DNA of 63,468 nucleotides, counting the filler, from Basidioascus undulatus (taxonomy: Eukaryota), in the NCBI GenBank assembly GCA_000826855.1. It is 9 parts of 9 records of this genome, joined end to end, with 100 filler letters (N's around TTAATTAATTAA, not from the genome) between each part and the next. Parts side by side here need not be neighbours in the genome. Positions count along the whole stretch, not along the records: positions 1 to 22,953 come from JTLS01000278.1; 8 more parts are not named here. One strand, written 5' to 3'. The translations under genes were made by a program, and so were the position numbers. Every line of letters begins with the position of its first letter. Position 1 is the stretch's first letter. Below are positions 1-13,528 of this stretch, in pieces. The notes beneath the pieces are model-generated. The model was not told where the DNA came from, ran no database searches, and worked only from the letters and a program-made list of their open reading frames with translations.

Positions 1-18
1 CGTGTGCTCTTCCGATCT
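1..18 (+). other. Illumina TruSeq adapter remnant (artefact)
   Basis: CGTGTGCTCTTCCGATCT is identical to the 3' end of the TruSeq adapter/read-2 primer and sits at a contig start. Confidence 0.9.
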
Positions 19-164
19 CCCCCAAGCCCGCCGCCCCCGCCCCGTCCAAACCCCTCCCGCATATACCAGCCGCCTACGCGTCTCCGCCTCCCACCGCAGC
101 CTCCAGTCCATCCCCATTCGCTGCTCCGACCGCGGCAGGAGCGGAGGGCGAGGGCGAGGGCGAG

Positions 165-1830
<1,666 letters not shown>

Positions 1831-2579
1831 GCTCCCCGCCGCGATCTGTATACCCCCTTCATGTACTTTCCGTTTTGGCAACCCGTTCGTTTGTATGTTA
1901 CCAGGTTCGCATCTTCGCATTCTTTCTTTCGGGTTTACGTATTTTTTGGGACTGAGAAGGGGCATGGAGCTTGTACTACTGACATACCTTCAGGTGTGCG
2001 CGTGCGGTCGCTCGGCTGCGGGGGAAGTTCGGTGTGGGGTCCTCCTACGGAGACAAAGCAGCTGGACAATCTCAACTTCTCTGTTAATACAGGCAGGACG
2101 CATGGCAACGGCGACAGTCTTGGGATTGTCCAGTGGACTTGCACGTTTCAGACCTAATTGCCAACCATCCTATGCAAAGGAAGTATCTAATTTTGATACA
2201 TCTGAGCTTCGAGAGCAGAAGGCCGATGCTTCAATCGGCCTCTCTTGGTGGGTTGAACGAGGGCCTGTTGCGAAACTTTAGGAGTGACCTGCCCCCTGAA
2301 AGTTGGTTCTCTGAGACTGGGATCGGCGCTGTTTTTCCAAATGCGAAGTTCAACAAAATGACTAGTCTGTCGCCGGCAAGGCAGCCTGCATCAGAAGGAC
2401 ACCTTTGTCGCGTCGCGACAAACGAAAGTGCGTACCGTCTCGTCTGAGAGGGTCCTTTCTTGCTCGGCTTTAAGAGGCAGTTCCTCTTACTGCTGGTCTC
2501 TTCCGGTTTCATCAAAATATCAAATCGCACACAAGGCAATTTACAACACCCATATGCCTTTCCACCGTAGACATCCCAC

Positions 2580-3475
2580 TCATCCCCGCCGGCAAAATTC
2601 AAGATCAGGGCTCTGCATGTCGAACAGACTGCCGTCTGATACCTTTCCCCGCAGCCACTGCATTGCTTCGATCGACAGTTCGGGTTCGCGAAGCGCGTTC
2701 GAGCGTCCTAGAAAGACCTCAGCGCCGCTCGGAGTGGCGATCGATCAGGATGTTGGCCTCTATGTCAGTTTCAGAGCCGGTCCCCAGGAACATAAAGGCC
2801 AGCTACAAGGCCAGCAGCTCGAATACAGTAGCTAGAGCCTCGATCGAGTGGGACTTGATCAAGACCAGGTGTGTGAACATCCTGAGGGAAGCGGAAGCTT
2901 CCACGTCCCATTGCTCCCCCGCGATGCAGACTCGCCTGGTCTTGGCTGCAACAGGCTCGAGCAAATCCCCTCGAGCAACATCAGCTAGACGTCGCCCCTA
3001 GCCGACACCAGCATTAGTTCCTGGAGATTGAGTCTCCCCAAAGCCGAGAGAAGGCGTCTGAGGAGTACGGCCCCGCCCCAGCGGCGCTGCAGCTACTACG
3101 ACTCCAGAAGGAACCTGCACTGAACCGCCAGGCGCCGCAGTGTCGCCTGTGCAGCGTTCAGAACGTCCGCCAGAACGTCTTCGACGGCCACAAGTCCCCC
3201 AGTCACGACGTGGAATATCGCGAGTGATTCGAGGTGGTGGATGTGGAACGTCGACTTCTGGAAAGCCCGGATTTGCGGGTAGGTCCGGAGAAGCCCGTGC
3301 GGTAGAGGTAAGGAGCGACGAGTTCGTAGACACTGCGCGAGACGAGCGAGAGGGACCGGAACGTGGAGTTGGAGCAGCGGGGCCAGGCGGGACCGTTTTC
3401 GGACGGCTTGGAAGGGACCGCGATGTCGATAAAACGAGCGACGAGGTCGAGGGGAATGGGAACGGGCATGGTCAA
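2580..3475 (-). pseudogene. Disrupted F-box-like/LRR-like gene, paralog of 36080-36994
   Basis: The N-terminus IPLDLVARFID...SLSLVSRSVYELVAPYLYRT continues in a shifted frame (about 3295) as HHLESLAIFHV. Downstream stops are present. C-terminal W..K..DGSLF motif. Confidence 0.55.
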
Positions 3476-4701
3476 GGTCAGCGTGGGCGCCTAGGCTATG
3501 GTGGTTGGTTGACCTCCAAGGATCGCCAAGTGGGAAGAAGTGCGGTCGCGCTGGATGGATGAGCCGGACAATGCGCAGAGGTTGAAGATTAATGTCAGCC
3601 AGAACGAATGCAGGAGGCGGTGGACAAGAGTTGCGGAACCAGAGCACAGCCTTTACGCGGTCCAACGCCAGCGTTGTATGAGGGCCGATAATGCTGCTGG
3701 AGGTTTGGTGAGATTAACCACCACCAAACGCATTTGCTTTCAAGTTCTTGGAGGGCTGCGGGTTCCCGCTGGCCCGTCTGACATTGCCTGTACATCATCT
3801 CGCAGAGACTGGGCCCAGGGCTGATATCGAGGGTGTTTTGGATTGCACGGTTTCAAGCAGATCGAGGGGTCTGCAGTCAACTCAAAAGAGGGAGCCAGAC
3901 AAATATGGAAGAGCTCTGCAGCCGCTGCGGGTGAATCTGCTTGCAAGGCGTAAGGGCCGCTTCGGACTGAGTTGTCTCTATGGGCTTGCAATTTTCACTT
4001 AAATAGAACTCAGTACAGCATTCAAGCTGCTTTGTCATGGCAGCTGCAAGAGAGAATCCAGTGCCCACTGTCCAAGGTCGCAGCAGCGGTGCTGAAACGG
4101 CACATCTAAGATTCTGCTGAAATACATCTAAGACTGACCGGCTAGGGCAATGGGTGCATTTCTGGTTGTAGATCGATGCTCTGGTACATCCGGGAGTCCT
4201 CTAACACTAACGAAGAAGCTGTGAAGCAGCATTTAGTCGACCTGGAAACCTGATGTGATGAAGATGGGAGTCGATGTGTCGGCTTTGCGAGCTTTCAAGA
4301 GGCTCTTGCCAGATCATTTATATTATGTTCTGTAACTGACTTCTTCTAAAGGCATTGTCCGTCGATGAGGATTTTCACAGACACTTCATCGTAGTGCTCG
4401 GCCCGGGTGGTAAGTTTCCAAGAGTGCAAATCCCCCGAGTGAATGCCATTTTCATAGATTTAGTGCTTCTCCCTGCAAGCACTTCGTGGACCGATGCATT
4501 CAGCGAATGGCGGCTCTTAAGAGTCAAGAAACGCGAAGCCCTCAGGCGGACTTGAACAAGTGACCTGGGCGCGTCCGGTCCCATTCTGCGGCCCTCAGTT
4601 GGAACTCGCCTCGGTGCGCGCGTCTTCGAGCTCATCCAGCGCCTGCATCGACCTAGGCGGCTGCTCTCCTCCTCTTTTCTATTATTTCTGTTCTCCCATC
4701 G

Positions 4702-7700
4702 ATGACCATGACAACGCCCACATTCTCCTCTTTGCAGGCAGTGTTCCCGCTGACGGTCCCGACGCCGACGCCGCTCACGCACCCGGAGCTGATCGACGCC
4801 TCGGACCTTTCGCTAGAGGAAGACCTCGTGCGCACGCCGGACAACCTCCGCCTCTGGCAGACGTACCTCGACATCCTCCACTCCCGCATCGCCGCACGCG
4901 AGGCCCCCGAGACCGAAGACCCCGCGATGCGCGAGCTCCTCGGCCCCCTGGCGACCGAGGATGAGCGCCGCGCGTACCTCACCCTCGTGCAGGCATACGA
5001 GCGTGCACTCGCGCACTTGCCCACAAGCTACAAGCTTTGGCACGCGTACCTCCGCGTGCGCATGGAGTACCTGTGCGGCCCGATCCCGAATGAGAAGGGC
5101 AAGGGACGCAGCAAGATGCCGGAGGGCGGCGCGCTCGTGGATGTTGAGGGCGGGGACGAGCGCGTGCAGTGGCCGGAGGAGAGCGAGGGGACGAGCTTGG
5201 ATGGGTTGATCGGGGAGCGCGAGTGGAAGGCCACTGCCGGCGTGTTTGAGCGAGCGCTCAGTTGGTTGCCGACTGTGAGTTCCCTTTGCCCATCCAAAGC
5301 CATCTTCCACCCGCCTTATGCTGAACTTTACCACCGCAGATGCCCCGCATCTGGCTGCTCTACCTCTCCTTTCTCTCCCACCCCTCTTGCCCGCGCTCGC
5401 TCGCGTACACGCACACCCGACGGACGTTCGACCGCGCGCTGCGCACGCTCCCGCCCTCCCTGCATGCGCGCATCTGGCCGGCGTACCTCGCCTGGGCGCG
5501 CTCGGCCTCAGGCGAGTCGCTCGTGCGCGCCTGGCGGCGCTACCTCGCCCTCGACCCGTATCCGATCGAGTCGTACATCGCGCTCCTCCAGCGGCCGGAG
5601 CACGCGTCCGCGCGCGCGCTCGAGGCGGCCAAGTGGCTTCTCCGCCTGAGCCGCCTCGCGCGCGAGGGGCAGTACACCAGCGCGGAGGGCAAGAGTCCGT
5701 ACCAGCTGCTGGGGGAGTGGCTCGAGGTGTGCGCCGAGTGGGCGGAGGAGGTCGGTGTGGACGAGGAGGACGGCAAGATTGGCAAGGATAAGGAGGCGGA
5801 CGAGGCGCCCATCGATGTCAAGGCGTACGACGCCGATACGGACCCCGCCAATACTAGCAGGCTTGACGTCGAGCGCATCGTGCATCGCGATGGCCTTGCT
5901 GTGTACAAGGACCAGGCGGGCAGGCTGTGGACCGGCTTGGGCACGTACTGGGTTCGGCGAGGCGACTTCGACAAGGTTCGTCTCATGCTCCTTAGCCCTC
6001 TGATCTGTGTCCTTCCAATTGTCCTCCTTCTCAATTGGAATGCACCCGCTGACTATCACGAATCACACGCACTCTCCAGGCCAAGTCCACCTTCGATGAG
6101 GCGCTCCGCTCGGTCGTGACCGTCCGGGACTTCACGCAGGTCTTCGACGCGTACGCCGAATTTAGCGAGCAGCTCGTGACGTCGCTCATGGACGCGCTGG
6201 CGGACCCGAACGCGGACGCGGAGGACGCGGAGGAGACGGAGGAGACGGAGCGCGAGCTAGACACGAGCATGAAGGCTTTCGAGGACCTCATGGACCGCCG
6301 GCCGTTCCTCGTCAACGACGTCATGCTCCGCCGGAACCCGAACGACGTCAAGGAGTGGGAGAAGCGCGTCGCGCTCTTTGAGGGGAACGACGAAAAGGTG
6401 CGTGCTTCTTCCCTTTCCCTCCGCCTCTCCCCCTTCCCCTTTCCTCCTTTTACGTACACTGACTCTGAGTGTTGGCCTGCGGTAAATTCAGATCGTCGAG
6501 ACGTACACGACCGCGCTCTCGACGGTCAAGCCCAAGCAGGCCGTCGGCCTGCACACCCTCTACGTCAACTTTGCAAAGTTCTACGAGACGGGCGCGGACG
6601 ACGGCCTTGGCGAGGCGCGCAAGGTGTTCGAGAAGGCCATCAAGGTCCACTTCCGCAAGATCGACGAGCTCGCGGAGGTGTGGTGCGAGTGGGCCGAGAT
6701 GGAGCTTAGGCATGAGTGCGTATTTTCTCCGCGGCTGGGAGGAGGGGACGAGCAGGAAGGGCATTGTGGAGACGAGAAGGCGAAGAGGCGCTGATGGAGG
6801 CGGGGTGTGAACAGCAACTTCGAGGAAGCTGTGAAGGTCATGGAGCGCGCGACGGCGGTGCCCAAAAACTCCAAGGTGGACTACTACGACGACGTGCGTT
6901 CCTTGCCGCACCCTGCAACCTCCTGTCTCCGTCCATCCTCACCCTGATCTGTCTGTCGCACTCCCCCAGACCCTCGCGCCGCAAGCGCGCCTCTTCAAGT
7001 CGCTCAAGCTCTGGTCGTTCTTCGTCGACATCGAAGAGTCCATCGGCACGGTCGAGAGCACCAAGCGCGTGTACGACCGCATCATGGAGCTCAAGATCGC
7101 GAATGCACAGGTGCGTGCATGCCGTTGGCTTTGAGGGCGGCGCGGGCAGGCGCTGACGCCAGCGGGGCGACAGGTCATCATCAACTATGCGGCGTTCTTG
7201 GAGGAGAACAAGTACTTCGAGGAGAGCTTCAAGGTCCGTTTGCTTGGGTATGGGCAGCGGTGACACGAGAGCGATCGTGCTGACTTCGACGAACGTGCAG
7301 GTCTACGAGCGCGGCATCGAGGCGTTCACATACCCCATCGCGTTCGAGATCTGGAACATTTACCTCTCGAAGTTCCTCAAGCGCTATGTGCGTCCCGTCC
7401 TGTTTTTCCTTTTTCCTTCTTCTCAGTTGGCTCATGCGCACTTGGGGGACAGGGCGGATCCAAGCTCGAGCGCGCGCGGGACCTGTTCGAGCAGGCACTC
7501 GAAAAGTGCCCGCCGAAGTTCTCCAAGCCGCTCTACCTCATGTACGGCCAGCTCGAGGAGGAACATGGTCTTGCCAAGCGCGCAATGAACATCTACGACC
7601 GCGCCACGCGCGCTGTATCAGACGACGACCGGTTCGAGGTGAGTCGACCCACATCACTCGAGTCTACGATTCCATCAGGACTGCCATATTGACAAGCGTA

Positions 7701-8446
7701 CGCTCTCCGCAGATGTTCTCCCTCTACATCGCCAAAGCAACCGCCAACTTCGGCCTGCCCGCCACGCGGCCGCTTTACGAGCGCGCGATCGAAACGCTGC
7801 CCGACCGACAGACGGCCGAGATGTGTCTCCGCTTCGCGGCGCTGGAGCGCAAGCTCGGCGAGATCGACCGCGCGCGCGCGATCTATGCACACGCGAGCCA
7901 GTTCTGCGACCCCCGGACGAACCCGCAATTCTGGGAGGAGTGGAACCAGTTCGGTGAGTGCGCGGCTTGGCAGATAGAAAGAATCGAGGGTTGCGGACGC
8001 GTTGTTGATAGGCTTTTGTTGGGCCGGTTCGCAGAAATCGACCATGGCAGCGAGGACACTTTCCGCGAGCACCTCCGTATTCGCCGCTCTGTGCAGGCCA
8101 AGTTCAACACCGAGGTGCGTTTGGATTCTTCGCTCACATTCCAATCCGATGCTAATCCTCCGCGCACGCATCTTCAAAGGCTCACTTCCTTGCCGCCCAA
8201 GCTGTCGCCGCGCGCGAGAAGGGTGCGGACGCACTGGCAGACGAGGAGCGTGCCGCGGAGGAAGCCGCGGACCCGATGGCGGCCGTCGAGCGCAGCGGCG
8301 CCGTCGGCGGCGCCGGCATGTCGTTCGTACCTGCCAAGGAGCGGACGACGCTCCAATCTGTCACACACGGGGACGGCGCGGCGGCGGGGCAGGAGGCCCA
8401 GGCAAACGCGGACGAGATCGCGATTGACTATGAGGACTTTGAGTGA
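4702..8446 (+). CDS. SYF1: Pre-mRNA splicing factor SYF1 (XAB2), HAT-repeat protein
   Basis: YERALAHLPTSYKLW, MPRIW, DQAGRLWTGL, LMDRRPFLVNDVMLRRNPNDV, LFKSLKLWSF, LGEIDRARAIY.HASQFCDPR, HGSEDTFRE. Many GT-AG introns; stop TGA 8444-8446. Confidence 0.95.
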
Positions 8447-8904
8447 GGAATGGGATGCAGGCGCGAGGACGCCGCACTTGTTGTATACGCTGGCTGGGTG
8501 CACCATGGAGCTCGCATCGAACGTGTATTCTGAGCGGCTTCGGGGATCCGCGTGAGAGAGATTGCGCTGGCTGGCATAGCAGCGTGACAAGAGGAATAGC
8601 CCGGTCCCCATTTGCGATCATCGCCGCCTCTCCACTTCTCTTCGGTTTCCCGGTACACTGAGTGAAGATTTGCATTCATGTCGGTACCGCATGCGTACAC
8701 CTCCTCAAGGCAAACAGGCGATCTTGATGCAGGTCTCGTGATATCATATTGAGGAGGGTCCGAATTGCGATTTGCAGCGAAGACGAGTCTGGCGCCTCAG
8801 CGACCGTTATGGCAGGCCATTCCCTAACGTGCATCTTGACCCTCAACCACAACTACATCTTCCAAACAACTTCCATCCCCCTCCTCCACGAAAAAAAAGC
8901 AATA

Positions 8905-8950
8905 ATGACGAAGCCGGACAGCGAAGTCATCCAGCAGTTCAACGAATACA
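8905..8950 (+). pseudogene. Orphan first exon resembling the N-terminus of fungal DUF3140-type proteins
   Basis: MTKPDSEVIQQFNEY is followed by a GTGCGT donor, with a typical pyrimidine/A-rich leader upstream. No matching second exon before the antisense PAAF1-like stop. Confidence 0.35.
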
Positions 8951-9002
8951 GTGCGTCGCCTCCTTCGGTTCACCGAGAATCTACATCTCCCTCTTGCCGG
9001 GC

Positions 9003-10449
9003 TCAGTACCGCCGCACCGCGCCATCCCGTCCGGAAACCCACACCCACGCCTTCCCGGCCTCTCCCTCCTTCCCACCCCCAAACCCGCCATAACGAATGC
9101 TGGTCGCCGCATCGCAATCGAGACCCACAAACTCCTCCGCGACCTGCACGTTCTTCTCCCATTCCACGTCCGCCCCGCCGTCCAAGATCCGCGCCCGGTA
9201 CGGCAAGCCGTCCTCGGCCGCGACGAGCAGCTCGTGGGCGCCGCCGTTGGGGAAGAGGAGGGAGGTGATGGGCGCGTCGTTGCGCTGCCATGAGACGAGC
9301 GGGGACGACGCGTTGCGCGTGTCGTAGAGGTGCACGAGACCTGATCTAGCGCCGGCGGCAAGGACGGGCGAGGACGTGGGGGAGGCAGCAATGGCGTGGA
9401 GGGGGTCGAGCTTGTCTGGCGACGGCGCGAGCGTCGCAGCCTCCGTCTTCGTGCGGAGGTCGATGACGGACACCTTCCCGCTCGACAGCGCGGCGTACAC
9501 TGCCCGGCCCTCCGTGCCCACCTCCCGCGGATCGCGCTCCTCCTCGCCCGCAACCTGGACGCTCTCGGGCCGAGCACCTTCCGCAAGCGCGAGCACGGCG
9601 CTGTACGCGTTCACGCCCACTGTGCGGATCGACGCGCCGGAAGGGACGTCCCACAGGCGCACCGTCCCGTCTCGCGAGCCGGAGAGGACGTTCCGGCCCC
9701 GGTCGATGATGCTCGTGCAGGCGATGGCGGCTTTGTGGCCTTTGAAGGAACGAGGGCATGTGCCGTCGAGGGCGGAGTGGATGAGGAGGTGAAGGTGCGA
9801 GGAGGAGAGGATGACGGAGCCGGAGGGGAAGAATTGGACAGAGTGCAGGTCGCCGACGCTGAAGAGAATACGCAAATGGCCATGAGTAGCAGATTAGATC
9901 GGACAAAGGAACACTCACTGCCCGCAACACTCGACTGGATTACCGTCTTCTCGCCACCCCTGGACCTCGAGCTGCCCGTCATCCCCGCCCACAGCAAAGA
10001 TGGGAAGTGTGGACGATACGTCGAAGCAGTTGATGCCGCGCTTGAGCCCCGTTTGAATGGTCTGTTTTGGAAGATGCACGGGCGTAGGGGGGATGTCTAA
10101 CGATGGACACGAGATGAGGAACTCGTCCTGCAACCGGCCCGTCCTTCCTCAGCGTCAGCAGCCTTCCTCTCCCCCTTACCCAACGCGACGAGAGTTCATA
10201 GCTCACCGAAGAAACCTGTTTCCCATCAACTCCTCCTTCCCAGTCCAACTGGGCTCCGCCGCCTTCCTGTCGCTGGATCTTTACTTTGCCGTGCACGCTC
10301 TCGGCGCCCTGGCGGTAGCACGAGACCCACGCATCTTCCGCGGGGACAGTGGCCTCTGCGACGTCTCGAATGACCTGCCCTATGGAGGGCTGGAGCGTTA
10401 CATATGGAAGTGTGAGCGATTTCTTGTTGTCCATGCTAGCATCAACCAT
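9003..10449 (-). CDS. WD40 protein, proteasomal ATPase-associated factor 1/Rpn14-like
   Basis: LPYVTLQP...EDAWVSCY...SVHGKV N-terminus; WD repeats GHVGDL..VQFFPSG and FKGHKAAI...GRNVLSGSRDGTVRLWD. Confidence 0.8.
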
Positions 10450-10648
10450 GAGCCAGCTAGGAAGGGGTGCTATGGGCGGTCGGGAGAGGGAACAAGGGAA
10501 CGAGGCAGGCGAGGCGACGCGTGTTCTTCGCGGGCGACGTCATGTCAGAAAGCACTTTCGCGATGCACTGTCCACGGTCTCATGTAGAAAAACTTCAGAA
10601 AAGATAACAAATTCTAATAAAAATATAGTTTGAAAAGTTTTATACAAG

Positions 10649-12762
10649 CTACGAGCGGCACTGAGCGAGACGACAGCGAGGGAAACGAGCCCGGATGGCG
10701 TCAAGAAGACGTTGCGGAACGCCGTCGGTGTTGTAAGGGTTGGCGGTATCGAGCATTCCGCCATTGAGCAACTTTTTCCAGCTGAAATAATGGGGGTTCA
10801 GAGGGGCAGTAAAGCGAGCGACTTGAAGGACTAGGCTCAATGCACTTCCACTCGCGGCCTTGAATGCCGTTGTATGCCCAAAAGGCACCTCCGCCTGCCG
10901 CACCGTACCAAAGAGCTTGCTGCGCTCGAACCATCAAACTGGCAATGTGATTGGTGTTAGAAGTATCCCAATCATCTCGAAGTATGGGAAGAGATCCACG
11001 TACCGGATCTGGCCATCAGACAGCTGCGCAGTGTTGGGCCTGCCAGCCGACCACTCGCCAGCGAACCACGGCAGGTGCGAGCTGGCTACGGTGCCGACGA
11101 GGTCGACCATGTTGCGCACGAACGAATCGTCTGTGACACGGTCGGTGCGGAAGGCCCAGTACCTGACAAGACTGTGGTGAGCACCGAGAGTGTGAAGGTG
11201 AAGTGACTGAGCAGCGTTAGTATACGTGTGTACGTCCAGCACGACGTCTTCGCCATTGCGGAAGTAGCCAGTCCAAGCTTGAGGGCCAAGGAAGCCGTCG
11301 GAGATGATGAGGCTAACTCCGGCTGCGTTCACGATGGGATCTGCGAAGCAAAAGCGTCAGCATCTTGTAATGAAACCAAGACGGAACGAAGACGCACAGG
11401 CTGTCGTGACGACTGAAAGTCCGATCAGATCAGGATGTATTAGCCAACATACTAGGTGCATACCAGCATATGATGTGCTTACAGTCATACATGACCTTCC
11501 GCTGCGGCTCAGTCAACCTGTTCGCCTATTCAGTACTACAAGCCCTCTAGACAGCCTGAGAAGGCAGAGCGGCTCACGGTCTGATCTCGTTGGCGGCCTC
11601 TATGCCAGAAACGTACTGGCGCACGTGGGGTGGGAGATCCTTCACGAAGTCTGCAACTGCCTGGACAGTGTTGATGCTGCGATCCCAGAACTGGGCGGGG
11701 CGGGTGAGGAAGCCGCTGTCGTTGTCGCCGTGGCCGCTTTAAAGAGTGGCAGACGCGGTCAACCGATATGCTACGTAAAGTGACTGCTGAAAGGGATGTA
11801 CGAAGGCTCCCACTATGAGGTCGGAAAGCTGTCAGTTATCGTGCGCGTAGGGGAGCGGCAAGGAGGTCAGCTACTCACGCCGTTTTGATTGCCAGGCTGA
11901 CGGCAGATAGGTAATGTGTTAGGGAGCTGCATTTCTGACGCAAACTTGAACATCTCACCAGAGCGTGAATGTCCAGAATGATGTATAAACCGTGTCCTGC
12001 ATGGGCAATTGTCAGCACTTCACGTTCAAATGGCTGCCTACCCTTCAACGCACGAGCACACAGCTCCACGATCCTCCGGATGTTCTCCTTCTGCGCAGGA
12101 GACGTCGGGTACGGCTCGTTGCCCACCGTCGGAATGAATGCCCAGAACCCACTGCCTCGCATTATTAGCATTTTGAAGTCCGAGGAAAGAGATTGTCTTC
12201 CGACTCACAACGGCAGCCTGACCATGTTGATCCCGTTGTCTGCGAGGAGGCGGATGTCCGCCTCGGTGACCGAGTCGCGCCACCAGTTCTGCCATTCGCG
12301 GGTGCAACCTTCGGTGCGTCCTTGGCACTGGCGCCCTGTTGGGGGAGATGGTGTCAGGTTGAAATTTAATAGGGTGGAGGAGGGTGCGGGAATGAGAGAT
12401 GAGGACGCACAGTAGTCGCCCGCCCAGGTGACACCGTTCGGCATGCCCATCCAGCCCTGCGATGATGTGTGAAACCAGTAGGCCAACGGCGATGGGAGTA
12501 CATTCTCGGAAGTCCTGCTCACCTCGGGAACGAATGTGTTACCGAGATTGACCGCAATCGCAGGGACATCTCCACGCCAATTCCACTTGCCCGTACTGCC
12601 CCGCACATGTCCTTCCGATATCAGAGAGATGGTCAGATAAGCTTAATGCAGTGGGTGCAATTACGTTGTTCTGTTGCCCTGCTGTCGAGGTACGAGCGAC
12701 GGTGCTGCAACTGCCGTGGCCGCCACAGCTGCGAGAGTGAAAGTGGTGCGGGCAAAACTCAT
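10649..12762 (-). CDS. Secreted glycoside hydrolase family 5 (exo-beta-1,3-glucanase-like)
   Basis: Signal peptide MSFARTTFTLAAVAATAVAAP; VNLGNTFVPE, GINMVRLP-GFW, LDIHALPGNQNGWEPSG, acid/base NE (ANEI), LDVHTY, nucleophile GEWS. Confidence 0.88.
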
Positions 12763-13528
12763 GGCTCGTCGTGTTGGGGGCGTGGAGGAGATTCGGTTAG
12801 AAAAATAGAGAGTACCGCGTTATAAGGACCGCTCTGAACTGAAGTCTCATCGATGAGAAGGGAGACGCGAGTGCTGCGCCAGCGGAGATGAAGACAACTG
12901 TGCACCGAGCAGAAGGGGAGAGCATGACCATAGCCGGCTGAAACTAGAGCCCTTCCAGTATATTCAGCCTAGAATTTGCACGGAGTTGGGTTAGACATTT
13001 ACTTCGTGGCTTTGCTGCGGTACCCGGCAGGGAGAGCTGGGCAATTGCACGCATGCGTATCTCACCCAGATCCGGAAGCGGTGGCAGCAGAGCCGGACGC
13101 CTCTGCTCAAGAGTTGGGCAACCATGCCGACCTCCTATAGTGTTCTGATGAAGGTTTTTAAGGAGATTGATCCCTTGAAAGAAATACGTCTTCCAAGGGA
13201 ATTAGGTGTCGAAAGCTTTCTGCATGTCCGCAATGCTCGAGCTCCCCGACATGCTTCGTTATGCTCCTAAAGCTGACGACTAGTGCTCAAGCTACATTGA
13301 CCTGTAACAGGAAAGTGCGACAACGAGACAGCTGATATAGCTTCTTGAGCAATACGGAGGGTATGTAACTTACCCGACAAAATGCCATCCTTGGCCATCC
13401 GGACGTCGGGCCGACCCTCCACCGATGCCTCCGGTGGTGATCTTCTCCAACAGCCCATCAACATGCCTTCTCTCACCATCCAACCATCTCACGGCCAGCT
13501 TAATCATCTTGCATATTGACCCGTTGGA

